This document shows positions 1-12,364 of a stretch of 64,000 bases of DNA, one piece after another; within the stretch, counting starts at the first letter, position 1; the number at the start of each line of letters is the position of its first letter. This DNA is from Octopus bimaculoides (lineage: Eukaryota). Made by a program: the position numbers and the translations under genes. The notes below the pieces were generated by a model, which was given only the letters and a program-made list of their open reading frames with translations, made no database searches and had not been told where the DNA came from. Location of the stretch: contig NC_068983.1 of the NCBI RefSeq assembly GCF_001194135.2, forward strand, positions 132,426,525-132,490,524. Reading direction: 5' to 3'.

Positions 1-221
1 TATCAATCATTTAGAATATATTTAACGTGCACTTAGCAATTCCTTAAGTAGTTCTAGCAACGAAGTAGCGTATTGTGGGTGATAGCCATGAGTGGTGAAT
101 GTGCTCTACAGACAACTACCTAGGATTTACTTGAAACAAGGTTTGCATACTGTATTTTAATATCTGCTATCTAAGCCTTAATTTTAAATTTTCAACTTAC
201 GCACATATATTTATATGTGTT

Positions 222-277
<56 letters not shown>

Positions 278-601
278 TGTGTGTGTACACATAGATGTAT
301 AGATATATTTGTGCGAAGTTATGGGTGTATATATGTCCTGAATGTAGTCTATATTTGCACGCACAATCTCAAGCAAAAGTATACATATGCCCATATATAT
401 ATATATATATATATANNNNNNNNNNNNNNNNNNNNNNNNNNNNNNNNNNNNNNNNNNNNNNNNNNNNNNNNNNNNNNNNNNNNNNNNNNNNNNNNNNNNN
501 NNNNNNNNNNNNNNNNNNNNNNNNNNTACACGTATATATATACTTGAATCTCCCTCTCTCTATCTATCTATCTCTTTCTCCCGTCTCTCTATATACATAT
601 A

Positions 602-806
602 TATTCTTTATTCTTTTACTTGTTTCAGTCATTTGACAACGGCCATGCTGGAACACTGCCTTAAAGGATTTTAGTCGAATAAATAGACGCTAGGATTTAT
701 TCTACCAGTCTGTTTTGCCGAACCGCTCAGCTATGGGGTCATAAAGACAGCAACACCGGTTGTCAAGTGGTGAAGGGGAAAGACACGGATACAAACACAA
801 TCACAC

Positions 807-855
<49 letters not shown>

Positions 856-1052
856 CAGAGACAGACAGACACACACACACACATTTACGATACCATCTAC
901 TTTCAGTTTCCGTCAACCCAATCAACTTACATCTTTTTGGTCGGTCCGAGATTATAGTGAAGTTCCTTGCAGAATTTGTCACCCAGTGGGACTGAACCCA
1001 GAACCATGTAGCTAGAAAGCAAGCTTCCTATCATACAGCCACATCTGCGCCT
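602..1052 (-). mobile_element. tRNA-derived SINE (CORE-like family A), near full length, diverged
   Basis: Reverse complement aligns by eye with the copies at 10260-10652 and 52042-52444: tRNA-like head, internal (CA)n, tail ...gcatggccgttgtcaaatgactgaaacaagtaaaagaataaagaata. Confidence 0.85.
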
Positions 1053-1062
1053 ACAGTTATAT

Positions 1063-1207
1063 ATGACCATGGGATTGCACCTATAAAGTTCCCCACCGAG
1101 GCATAAGTCCGGGTAAGGTTGGTTATGTAAGACCAGCAGTCGCTAATGCATACCAGCCTTCCCTCTCCACGGTGCTGATGTTATGCAAGGGATACAGCTT
1201 GGCGCCA
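1063..1207 (-). mobile_element. 3' fragment of a second SINE-like interspersed repeat
   Basis: GC-rich block (gggattgcacctataaagttccccaccgaggcataagtccggg...ccagcagtcgctaatgcataccagcc) resembling an abundant octopus repeat as I recall it. Only one copy in the window. Confidence 0.4.
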
Positions 1208-2437
1208 TTAATTGTTAATTGACTTTTCGACGATGAATTATGTGGCATTTGCTACGTTTGTATTTGAACTTCCCGTTTGCTCAGTCTCTGTTAAATTCTT
1301 GGAACATTTTGTGTGTGCGTGTATATATATGTTGTTGTATATCAGGATACAGGAACTGTGCCAAATTTTCGGGTCTTAGAACAGCGACAGTACAATGGGG
1401 TGAGAGGGTGGTGCTGAGGGAAAGGCCATACTGCTGATAAGAACAATGACACCCACAGAAGCATACGATAGCACACACATACACGCATGCATACATACAC
1501 GCACAAATACGGACGCAAATGCATACGCATATAAGGATACATATCTTTGAAGAACAGAACGGAGTAATTGGAGCAAGAGAACACAAGCAAACGAAAAGTG
1601 TCGCTGAAAAGGTCACAGATGTGTGACGAAAGATTTCCGGACAATGGACATGAGCTAAAATAATAAAATAATAACATTAATAAACGAGTGAAGAACAAAT
1701 GTATTGTGCGAGTGTTTATTTGGCATAAAAAATGACCACCCCGAAATAAAACAATATCTGTTTCAACACACGGTTTCACATCAGGGATCTTGCAACACAA
1801 AATGATTAACGTGTGGGTGTATATAGTGTGTGTATATATATANNNNNNNNNNNNNNNNNNNNNNNNNNNNNNNNNNNNNNNNNNNNNNNNNNNNNNNNNN
1901 NNNNNNNNNNNNNNNNNNNNNNNNNNNNNNNNNNNNNNNNNNNNNNNNNNNNNNNNNNNNNNNNNNNNNNNNNNNNNNNNNNNNNNNNNNNNNNNNNNNN
2001 NNNNNNNNNNNNNNNNNNNNNNNNNNNNNNNNNNNNNNNNNNNNNNNNNNNNNNNNNNNNNNNNNNNNNNNNNNNNNNNNNNNNNNNNNNNNNNNNNNNN
2101 NNNNNNNNNNNNNNNNNNNNNNNNNNNNNNNNNNNNNNNNNNNNNNNNNNNNNNNNNNNNNNNNNNNNNNNNNNNNNNNNNNNNNNNNNNNNNNNNNNNN
2201 NNNNNNNNNNNNNNNNNNNNNNNNNNNNNNNNNNNNNNNNNNNNNNNNNNNNNNNNNNNNNNNNNNNNNNTATATATATATATATATGCCCACACGTTTA
2301 TCAATTATATATATACACTCACACGTTTATCAAGATTGACATTCAAATCAACTTTAATCTCTTGGCAAGACCGCCATACACAGAGATAATCGTTCTGAGA
2401 AATTAACACGTACATATACTAAAAAAGCATAGACTTA

Positions 2438-2724
2438 TCGGTTGACAAATTTTTTTCCGGCAGCAGCAGGTGTAATTTGTAGCAGCATATGATTTCAGTG
2501 TCTATTGCGCATCATCGACAATAGGAACGTAAATACCGAATTCCAGATCAAAAATCCGTTAAACCGTTAAACACACCATGCTTTCGCAAAAAGTTGCCGA
2601 GCCGTATATAATTTAGTTAATAGCTAATTTACACGTTACGCAGTTGAAATCAGCACAAAGCAACAGACCCATGCTTGGAACTTAAAACATTTCTGTCGGT
2701 TGCAAATAATTTGTCAACGAAAAA
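2438..2724. mobile_element. Possible mariner-type MITE
   Basis: 11-bp inverted match gttgacaaatt (2441-2451) / aatttgtcaac (2708-2718), with TA at 2436-2437 and 2725-2726. Confidence 0.35.
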
Positions 2725-2926
2725 TAATATACGAGGACAATAAAGAATTTTCTATTACCCCTACTACATGATTCAATATTAAAAACATATATTTTAACGT
2801 ATTTAAATGCTTTCATATTGTTACCCCTTCTAAACAGTTATCATATCCTAAAAGCTTTGAAAAATTCACCCCTCCTCAAATATTTAGTTTACTGTAAATG
2901 CTTTGATGTGAAACAAATCTGTCTTG

Positions 2927-3091
2927 TTATTTACATTATTTACATTTGACGGATATTTGTCCTTACCTTGTTTGTTGTTAACACAACGTCTCGGCTGATA
3001 TACCCTCCAGTCTTCATCAGGTGTCCTGAGGAAATTTCGAACCTGGGTTCTCATTCCTAAGGTATTTTTCGATATTATTATTTTTACTATT

Positions 3092-3128
<37 letters not shown>

Positions 3129-3287
3129 TCAGTGCTTGGAATCGAACATGGAATCTTAGGGGTTAGTAACCCGCGCTCTTAACCACTACGCCATATACTC
3201 GTACAAAGAAGATGAGGGCAAATATCAGTCGAATGTAAATAATGTAAATAATATACATAATTCCCCAACCTCTTAAATATAGAACTG
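2927..3287 (-). mobile_element. tRNA-headed, hammerhead-bearing short retroelement (family H1) with an inverted copy of its tail
   Basis: Perfect 12-bp TSD aaatctgtcttg (2915-2926 / 3288-3299). Pol III A box tggcgtagtggtt (3181-3193, minus) and B box gttcgattcc (3138-3147, minus). (AAT)n spacer, hammerhead at 2980-3025, and ~45-bp inverted ends. Confidence 0.85.
2980..3025 (-). ncRNA. Minimal type I hammerhead ribozyme motif, probably inactive (GAAA changed to GAGA)
   Basis: Minus strand reads GACAC-CUGAUGA-A-GACUG-GAGGGUAUAU-CAGCC-GAGA-C-GU-U-GUGUU. Stem I is GACAC/GUGUU and stem II has one mismatch. Confidence 0.7.
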
Positions 3288-5544
3288 AAATCTGTCTTGC
3301 TTTCTTCACGCTCAAAAACTAATGGAGTCATCAGCCACGGCACTAGAACTCATGTGGTATGGATTTACTTTTTAATAAAATAAATCTTTACTGATTATTT
3401 GTAAAGTATCAAGGATTAAAAGCTTTAGAAATGTGTAGTATTAAAGCCGCATATATTTTCATATAAAGTTACACATTTGAAGATACACATTGAAACTATA
3501 AATAGGGTCTTTCCAGGATATCTGTTTACTTTCAAAGATTGTGGTAGCTTCAATCACTGAATAGAAGACAGCATCAATATTGGGCTTTTTTAATCTGTAA
3601 ATGCTGATACGGAAAGTTATCTCTAGGCAGAGGGATCGACATAATTAGTATATCAGGTAATTTTCTTAACAGAACTTTATACAAATTATTTAAATTTCCT
3701 GTTTGATATGTGCTCACAAATAGAAGTATATTGACGTGGAATTAGAATTTCGCAGATGTCTAAGTCGATAAAGTGATTCTTTTATATCATTGATTTTACA
3801 TCTAAATTTGGATTTTACATAACGATATCTTCCACGTCTAAACTATTGGTTATTTTAATAATTCGAATGTAAATTGATAGAATCAGTAAACGTCTCATTA
3901 AATCAACAGAGGAAGTTGTTTGTTTTTTCCCAATACCGTCTGATAAGCTAGATACTCTTTTTGTCCAATTTCAGCAATCTTCTCTATTCATCACAGCACT
4001 CTCTGTCTGTCTCTCACTCTCTGTCTCTGTCTCCCTCTCTCTTTCTTCTCTTCTCCGTTCTCTCTCTATTTCTGTCTTTCTTTCTCTTTCTTTCTCTTTC
4101 TCCCTCACTCTCCTAACTTCTACATGCTCTCTCTCATTCTCTGTCTCTCTCTCTCTCTTCCTCTCTCTCTCACCTCCTCTCTGTCTCACCCCCTCTCTCT
4201 CTCACACACACACCCTCTCCCTCCCTCGCATCTGAAATTATTTTTTGATGATATTGTTGTGGTAACTATAATTTGAGAGTTAATTTTCAATCGATATCTG
4301 TCAGGAAGTGTGAAGTACATCTCCATTCTCATGTTAGAGAATATCGACAGTGTTGCTACCCCAAACAACGGAGGTTCATGTAAGAATTATACGATTTCAT
4401 GCATAAGGCATTATTGTTTTTTTCATTTCTGCATGACTAAAAACATAATTTTCTCTTAGAAATAGGAATATATTTAACCGATATTAGCCCTTTTCCATAT
4501 GAAAATGCTAAAAAAATGTAAGACCGGAACCAATCTTCATTCCAGCTACAAAAAATGTTGGACTTATGACCTACAGATATTCTATTTGATGTTAAATGTA
4601 TATTTTAATTCAGGCAACAATTCCTTAACCAATATATATATANNNNNNNNNNNNNNNNNNNNNNNNNNNNNNNNNNNNNNNNNNNNNNNNNNNNNNNNNN
4701 NNNNNNNNNNNNNNNNNNNNNNNNNNNNNNNNNNNNNNNNNNNNNNNNNNNNNNNNNNNNNNNNNNNNNNNNNNNNNNNNNNNNNNNNNNNNNNNNNNNN
4801 NNNNNNNNNNNNNNNNNNNNNNNNNNNNNNNNNNNNNNNNNNNNNNNNNNNNNNNNNNNNNNNNNNNNNNNNNNNNNNNNNNNNNNNNNNNNNNNNNNNN
4901 NNNNNNNNNNNNNNNNNNNNNNNNNNNNNNNNNNNNNNNNNNNNNNNNNNNNNNNNNNNNNNNNNNNNNNNNNNNNNNNNNNNNNNNNNNNNNNNNNNNN
5001 NNNNNNNNNNNNNNNNNNNNNNNNNNNNNNNNNNNNNNNNNNNNNNNNNNNNNNNNNNNNNNNNNNNNNNNNNNNNNNNNNNNNNNNNNNNNNNNNNNNN
5101 NNNNNNNNNNNNNNNNNNNNNNNNNNNNNNNNNNNNNNNNNNNNNNNNNNNNNNNNNNNNNNNNNNNNNNNNNNNNNNNNNNNNNNNNNNNNNNNNNNNN
5201 NNNNNNNNNNNNNNNNNNNNNNNNNNNNNNNNNNNNNNNNNNNNNNNNNNNNNNNNNNNNNNNNNNNNNNNNNNNNNNNNNNNNNNNNNNNNNNNNNNNN
5301 NNNNNNNNNNNNNNNNNNNNNNNNNNNNNNNNNNNNNNNNNNNNNNNNNNNNNNNNNNNNNNNNNNNNNNNNNNNNNNNNNNNNNNNNNNNNNNNNNNNN
5401 NNNNNNNNNNNNNNNNNNNNNNNNNNNNNNNNNNNNNNNNNNNNNNNNNNNNNNNNNNNNNNNNNNNNNNNNNNNNNNNNNNNNNNNNNNNNNNNNNNNN
5501 NNNNNNNNNNNNNNNNNNNNNNNNNNNNNNNNNNNNNNNATATA

Positions 5545-6362
5545 TGGGAGAATTTACGAAAAAAACAACAGACAAAGACAGGTGGTGTAAACAACAAATG
5601 GATGTATTAGTATAACGCTCAGGAATAGAGAAAGTCTTTAACGTTTCGAGCTGCTCCCTTCAACTGAAAGGAACACAAAAGGAAACAAGGAGAGAATCAA
5701 GGAGAGAAAAAAATATAAATGCAGTGGTCAGCGATCTATGATGGCGAATGTCGGACAGATGGATCACACAGGAGAGCTAAGAAAAAGGGGAGATCACAAA
5801 GAAGTGGTGAACCTAAAGACGAGAAGGTACGTGTGTGTGTGCGAGAATGCTGGTGATCTTAACGTATGCATGTGTGTATGTAGGTATGAAGATGTGAAAA
5901 TGTGGAGAAGGCAATTGGTCAGTGCTAGTGTGTGCGTGGTGATGTGTTGTGAAGTGAGGTGTTGTGCGATATGGTGTAGCGTGGTGTGATGTCGTGGTGT
6001 TGGGAGGTGGGGAAAGCATGAGTGGAGTGTTGGTTAGGCTGAGGGTGGGGGTAGAGGTAGGGATATGTGGGTAGGCAGAGGTTTGGGTCGGTGTATATNN
6101 NNNNNNNNNNNNNNNNNNNNNNNNNNNNNNNNNNNNNNNNNNNNNNNNNNNNNNNNNNNNNNNNNNNNNNNNNNNNNNNNNNNNNNNNNNNNNNNATATA
6201 TATTTATATATATATATAATTCCTCTATTTACATAATATCGAGATCTCATTCATTCTTTTCTTGACATGTTATTATTACTATTCCTGACCGATATACTAA
6301 TACATCTATTTGTTTTCAACACCACCTGTCTTCGCCTGGTGTTTTTTTTTTGTGAATTCTCC
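5545..6362. mobile_element. Penelope-type non-autonomous repeat (family H2) with inverted ~85-bp tails and a degenerate hammerhead at 5635-5672 (minus)
   Basis: 5545-5630 is the reverse complement of ~6270-6362. The minus strand at 5635-5672 reads ...uuu-CAGUUGA-AGGGAGC-A-GCUC-GAAAC-GUU-AAAGA. A related tail lies at 51953-51997. Confidence 0.5.
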
Positions 6363-7513
6363 AGATATATATAGAATATATATATACATAACGTATATAT
6401 TTTACCTCCAAATTCTCCATATTAAAATCTGCTTCAGTCCTATAAACCAAAGGTGTGAATAATATATATTTGTATAAGCAATACAAGCACGCCACGCTTT
6501 GATATATTTATACAAGGATAGTATATTTAATTTGAAGATATTATTCATAAAAATAGTAGTATTGTTTTCTTTTACAATATGATTCTTTATAATATTCCTT
6601 TAAAAATACGAAATTTATTGATTGAAGTACCATGGAAATTCTCAGCGACTGCTGTTTGATACGCAGTAAAATAAAGCCGACTTCAATATTGAAGAATTTC
6701 AGGCGTACTTGTTTTATAAAATATAATCGTGTTTAGTTCTTGCCTTGGATTCCTAACGTGAATTGCGGCTGACGAATCAAAGCTCTTAATGCAATTATCT
6801 CTATTATAGCCAGATCGGTTTTTCAATGTTTACTGGTTACGCCGTAAACTGGCACGTGCTTATCCTCAAGTATGTTAAGGAATGCCGAAGTATCCTCTTC
6901 AAAACGCAGAGAGCAAAAATAGTTTGTTTAGTTTCATGCCATTGTTTAATTCTCTCACGATGTTTTAGGGATTCTATCATACACAACCATTGTATAATTC
7001 CCTCAAGATTTCTAAAGAATAGATTCTATTACACGCAACTAAACTGAAAGTAGGTGCGATTAATCATGTAAAATAAAAAAAAAATAAGGAAACAGGGATA
7101 TATGTCTGCCGAAAGGGATTCCTTCTCTGCCAACAGTGAAAATGATTCGTTCTTGATTCGATCAAGAAGTGAAAAAGAGTTAATGTGATAAACGCAATGT
7201 CTGGGAATCAGGAAGCAAAATGGCATGCCCTCGGGAATATACTAAATTAATGAGTAATTATTCAGTGAAGTATGGGTGATCCGCTTCTAATAAATGATAT
7301 TTTAATAAAGAGGTGTGGGTACTACTTAAGAAGAGAGGACCCGACGTGCACACCCTCACCAGTCAGCGGATGCGCAAACCTAACGCACACGCGCTACTCA
7401 ATAGAGTAGTCAGCACCTACGATAAAAAAATCCCTTCACATGTATAAATATGTGTAAACTGTAAATCGGAGGGGGAATGGAATTTATATATATATATATA
7501 TATNNNNNNNNNN

Positions 7514-7588
<75 letters not shown>

Positions 7589-7589
7589 A

Positions 7590-7639
<50 letters not shown>

Positions 7640-7867
7640 GTAATAAAACCGAATGAATGAATAAACATACAACAAATTTTGAAATTGAAATAAAATGTTA
7701 CACAAAAGTAGTCATAAAGAAAAGTGAGAATAAAACAAATTCTGAAATAAAATCTTATTGAAAAGTAGGCATTAAGAAAAGTGAAAATAATGAAATAAAA
7801 TGTTATTTACTTACTCAAAAGTAGTTGCTATTCAAAAGTGAACCATTCTGAAAGATGTTTTAGAATA

Positions 7868-8007
7868 CAGTTCTATATTTAAGAGATGAGGAATTATGTA
7901 CATTATTTACAATATTTTCATTCGACGAATATTTGTCCTTATCTTGTTGTTGTTAACAACAAACAAGATGAGGACAAATATCCGTCAAATGTAAATAATA
8001 TAAATAA
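7868..8007 (+). mobile_element. 140-bp foldback derivative of family H1 (two inverted tails fused; no head or hammerhead)
   Basis: Starts cagttctatatttaagag, matching the reverse complement of the 3287 end of H1. Arms meet at gttaac (7952-7957). Flanked by a 12-bp TSD tgttttagaata / tgtttcagaatg (10/12). Confidence 0.8.
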
Positions 8008-8027
8008 TGTTTCAGAATGTTCCGTAA

Positions 8028-8640
8028 TCATTCATCTCCAGTTTCCTCATACTTTTCCCTCCAAAGAAACTCATCTAGATGGGATTCAATCATATTTGTG
8101 GGTACTCCCATCAAACATTTGAATCTACTTTTTGCATTTTTCCAGTAACTTTCCACTGAGTTGGTATGCACGTTAGTTACTGGACCCACAAATTTTTCTC
8201 TACGCATCATTTTCAAATGGGAATCCCGTGGTTCGACATCAATTTCAGCTATTCCATTGTATTCACTACAGCAATCAGAATAGATAGTCGTACCTGGTTT
8301 TATATTCTTTCTGATAAGGGGGAGCACAGTTTCAGAGAAACGATCAATCACAAACACCAAAAATCCTATTTTGCCTTCCCTGTCCCATCCTCCAAAAACC
8401 AACCTCTCCTGTAGTATTCTGCCTCTATTATACTCTCTTTTGAACATCAAAGTTTCGTCTATTTCGACGATGTGCGCAACTCCTCCAACTTGGTAGGGAT
8501 TACATAAAAGATGGTAATTTGCTATCTCTCTCGCGTATTAATACCATTGTATCACGGATGCTTCTGAAAGACCTGCTATATCACATGAGATATTTATGGA
8601 GACTTTCCTTGGCCATAAATACGTCAGAAGAATAAAATTT
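8028..8640 (-). pseudogene. Merlin DDE transposase remnant (ISXO2-like domain)
   Basis: Translation ...LTYLWPRK...AGLSEASVIQWY*YAREI...QVGGVAHIVEIDETLMFKREYNRGR...IKPGTTIYSDC...HTNSVESYWKNAK...HLDEFLWRE. The D, D and E motifs are present, with one in-frame stop and no N-terminus. Confidence 0.88.
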
Positions 8641-8664
8641 CATTCATTTATTCGGTTATTTTAT

Positions 8665-8726
<62 letters not shown>

Positions 8727-10259
8727 CATTCCACCCCACTCCGATTTACAGTTTACACATATTTATACATGTGGGGGGATTTTTTATCGCGGGTGCTGAC
8801 TAGTCTACTGACTAGCGCGTGTACGTGCGATGCCCACGTCCGCCGACTGGCGCGTGTGCACGCGTCAGGTCCACTATTCTTAAGTAGTAACGAGGCTTGT
8901 ATGCGGTAATAGTTTAGCATAGTTTACTTGCTTGTATAACAAAACAATTATTTCCCAAAAAAATTTTGTCTGAAATCAGTAACACTAATGTTTAATGTTA
9001 AATTGGATCAAATTTTCTGTAATATTCTACTCAAATTAAAAGCGTTAATTACTCATTCTCAAATCCAGTCCGTATTTTACAGTTTAAAATGTTTATAGAA
9101 ATATTCTACTCGTTTCTCTCATTCTGGAATCTGTGATTGATTAATTATATTTGTAGATAGCACATTTTAAGATTATGTTATTTTACATTCATTCATTGCT
9201 AACTTATATCTCTGCCAGTAGCATCAAATTAATCTAATGGCACACAAACCGTGTGGCTGGATAAGAAGATCAGAAATATAATCCTATCAAAGTGGTTGCA
9301 AATGTTAGATTGTCGGATAAAATCGTGTATGACTGTAGCTCTAGACATTTAATCAACTGAAAATATACATAAATTCAATGGAAGCAGTATGACACGCGTA
9401 AAGAATTGTAATCTTTGAATTATAGGTAAATATAATATTGGTAGTCTACAATATAAGACATTGAACTATTTTGCATAAAATTATGTATATACGGTAGTTC
9501 CTTCATGTCCCTGAATACCTAATTGATTTAACTGACTATTGATCAGATGAGCAGTAGTGTATAATGAAAAAAGTGGTACAATGATAGAATAGTAAAACGG
9601 AAAATAATGATGAAAATGATTATGCAATATGTAAGAAAATTTTCTATCTTAGATTCGACAGATGTGCTAGGAGAGGAGACATTACAATTATATATTACAA
9701 GAAAATGTGGGAACGTTATATCGTTTTCGAAAAAATAACTGGTATGCGATTCATATAAAATGAAAACAGATAAAGCAAAACAATCCGACAGAAGAGTAAC
9801 GCCGTGCCAAAAATAAACACTACAAATCCTATTTTTACGTTCATGTGAAATTACCATCTCTCGCCTATTTCTCGGAGCTACTCCTCTTCAGTCTTAAATG
9901 CGATTTGATATACGTTGCTACTCTAACCAAGGTATTAAATTTACATTATGTAAAATATATTTTAGATATTTTATTTATATGCGTTGTCTGTGTGATGACG
10001 TGTGTTTTAGCTTGGTTATGAGGTAATGTGTTTATGATTAATGACTGAATGAAATCGTAAATTTGTATGTACACATATTAACAGGATATAGTTTATACAG
10101 TGTCCGTCACTGAGGCGTTTAAATGTTAATATATAAATGCCAAAATAGTGTAAGAGAATATCAATTTATATGGAGCAATAAATTATATCAGCTGAATTTC
10201 ACAATTTTGCAGGGTCGAAGGTTTGTAATGTAGATAGTAATAAATGTAAATTATTACGT

Positions 10260-10652
10260 TTATTCTTTTACTTGTTTCAGTCATTTGACTGTGGCGATGC
10301 TGGATTACCGCCTTTATAGTCGAGCAAATCGACCCCAGAGCTTATTCTTTGTAAGCCTAGTACTTATTCTATCGGTTCTCTTTTGGTGAACCGCTAAGTT
10401 ACGGGGACGCAAACACACCAGCACCGTTTGTCAAGCGATGCTGGGGCGACAAACAGTCACACAAACATATGCACACGCATACATATATATATGCATATAC
10501 GACGGGCTTCTTCTAGTTTCCGTGTACCAAATCCACTCACAAGGCTTGGTCGGCCCGAGACCATTGTAGAAGAGACTTGCCCAAGGTTCTACGCAGTGGG
10601 ACTGAACCCGGGACCAAGTGGTTGGTAAGCGAGCTACTGACCACACAGCCAT
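10260..10652 (-). mobile_element. tRNA-derived CORE-like SINE family A
   Basis: Reverse complement closely matches 52042-52444 (ccttgggcaagt core, gaataagtactaggctt, tail gactgaaacaagtaaaagaata). Confidence 0.9.
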
Positions 10653-11310
10653 GCAATAATTTCTAATCACATTAGACAATGATATAAAGTGAAAAATGGA
10701 CATTATACGTGTGCGCACGTGCGTAGGCAATGCACTCTTGCTTGTTAATAAGATCGGCAAAAATTCGGCACTGAATTGACCAGGGAGAGAAATACGACCA
10801 AATGAACATAAGGTTCACTGGTGAGCTAATTGAACTTTATGTTCGGAAAGTGCTACATTCGGACGGGTTGGTACAGCATACCGTGGGATATCTGTAAAAC
10901 GTTCAGGCTATATATCATGAGTACTCCGTGAGGAAATACGGGAAAATGAGAGAAAATACGAGAATGAGCAATTTTTTTTTTATGTTTAAGCTGTTCCAAG
11001 GGAAAGGGAAATAATTCTATCTTTGTAGTAAACGTATTTTAGATCGGTGTCTTTAGACATCACTTACCACCCACTTAACTTGAAGTATCAGAACTCTATT
11101 CCTCGTAAAAGTACTATTCTGAGTCCAAGTGTTTAATCTTGTGAGGGTGACCCTGCCTGTTAGTTAACAGAAAAAGTTTGTGTCTAAAAATTGCTATCTC
11201 ATCGAACTTTGCTCTTTCTGAACATGGGCATATTAAAAGCTTACGTGTGACTCTACTACAAGCACATACACATACACAAACACACACACACACGTACACA
11301 TACACACACA

Positions 11311-11403
<93 letters not shown>

Positions 11404-11489
11404 TTAATGTAATATAGGTTTCAATGAAAAGGCAACTTTCAAGATATTGATAATCAAAAGATTATATTCCTTAATATACGATATGCAAT

Positions 11490-11850
11490 ATAATATAGCA
11501 ATTATTCATCCAAAATTCTATACCGATAACCCTACCACACTTCTGGACTGTTTTGGTTAAGGAATCTATTTGGTTTTCAGATTTCCCAAACAATTTCAGG
11601 TCATCCATAAACACGAAGATGGTTCAATGATGGGCCTTTCTTCCTACATCGGTAACCCATATTAACCTTCCTAAGTGCCATTGTTATGGGTATTTGTGGA
11701 ATTACAAAAGATAACAGAGAAAAATGAGTCACCTAGGAAGATTCCCCTATTAATTTGTAACTTCTCCAAGGAATGCTTTACTTGAGTACAATTTGGTTTT
11801 CCACTCTTTCATGCTATGCATCAGAAAATTTCTTGCTATGCTTAAGGGAA
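11490..11850 (-). pseudogene. R4/Dong-type LINE reverse transcriptase fragment
   Basis: Minus translation includes SMKEWKTKL...LGEV... and FMDDLKLFGKSENQIDSLTKTVQKC...IGIEF, with frameshifts. Confidence 0.75.
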
Positions 11851-12002
11851 AAATAAAACTAATGAGGTAAGCACTTGTCAATAAATACAAACTACAGAAT
11901 TACAAAACCGGTAAACCACAGCAAAACTTATAAAATGAAAAGGAAGAATAAAAAACAAAAAGAAAATTCAGAAATTCAAAAGTTCAATGATGCTAACATC
12001 AG

Positions 12003-12043
<41 letters not shown>

Positions 12044-12052
12044 CTCTATCTA

Positions 12053-12086
<34 letters not shown>

Positions 12087-12274
12087 NNNNNNNNNNNNNN
12101 NNNNNNNNNNNNNNNNNNNNNNNNNNNNNNNNNNNNNNNNNNNNNNNNNNNNNNNNNNNNNNNNNNNNNNNNNNNNNNNNNNNNNNNNNNNNNNNNNNNN
12201 NNNNNNNNNNNNNNNNNNNNNNNNNNNNNNNNNNNNNNNNNNNNNNNNNNNNNNNNNGTCCTGTTTGCCAAGGG

Positions 12275-12364
12275 AAGTTATATATATATAGTTTTAGGGA
12301 AAATAAGTTATATATATATAGTTTTAGGGAAAATAAGTTATATATATATAGTTTTAGGGAAAAT
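12275..12364. repeat. 30-bp tandem repeat x3
   Basis: Unit aagttatatatatatagttttagggaaaat, three exact copies. Confidence 0.95.

Larger units (their letters stand above)
7318..8891 (-). mobile_element. Merlin-superfamily (IS1016/IS1595-like) DNA transposon, internally deleted
   Basis: Long TIRs: left starts ggtactacttaagaa (7318), right ends ttcttaagtagtaac (8891), both extending through (ATCT)n/(GATA)n tracts. Degenerate 8-bp TSD gaggtgtg / gaggcttg (6/8). Internal transposase remnant. Confidence 0.88.

Noticed and set aside
3123-3193. tRNA-like sequences as real tRNA genes (also 15869-15936 and 52042-52110)
   Set aside because: They are SINE heads with A/B boxes but no complete cloverleaf or acceptor stem, and they are fused to repeat bodies.
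9868-9895. Partial hammerhead-like motif CUGAAGA-GGAG-UAG-CUCC-GAGA (minus)
   Set aside because: Stem II is good, but GAAA is altered and no stem III or stem I partner follows.
12275-12364. Short direct repeats as a possible CRISPR array (also 17797, 31035, 47183)
   Set aside because: They are head-to-tail tandem repeats with no unique spacers, in eukaryotic DNA with no cas genes.
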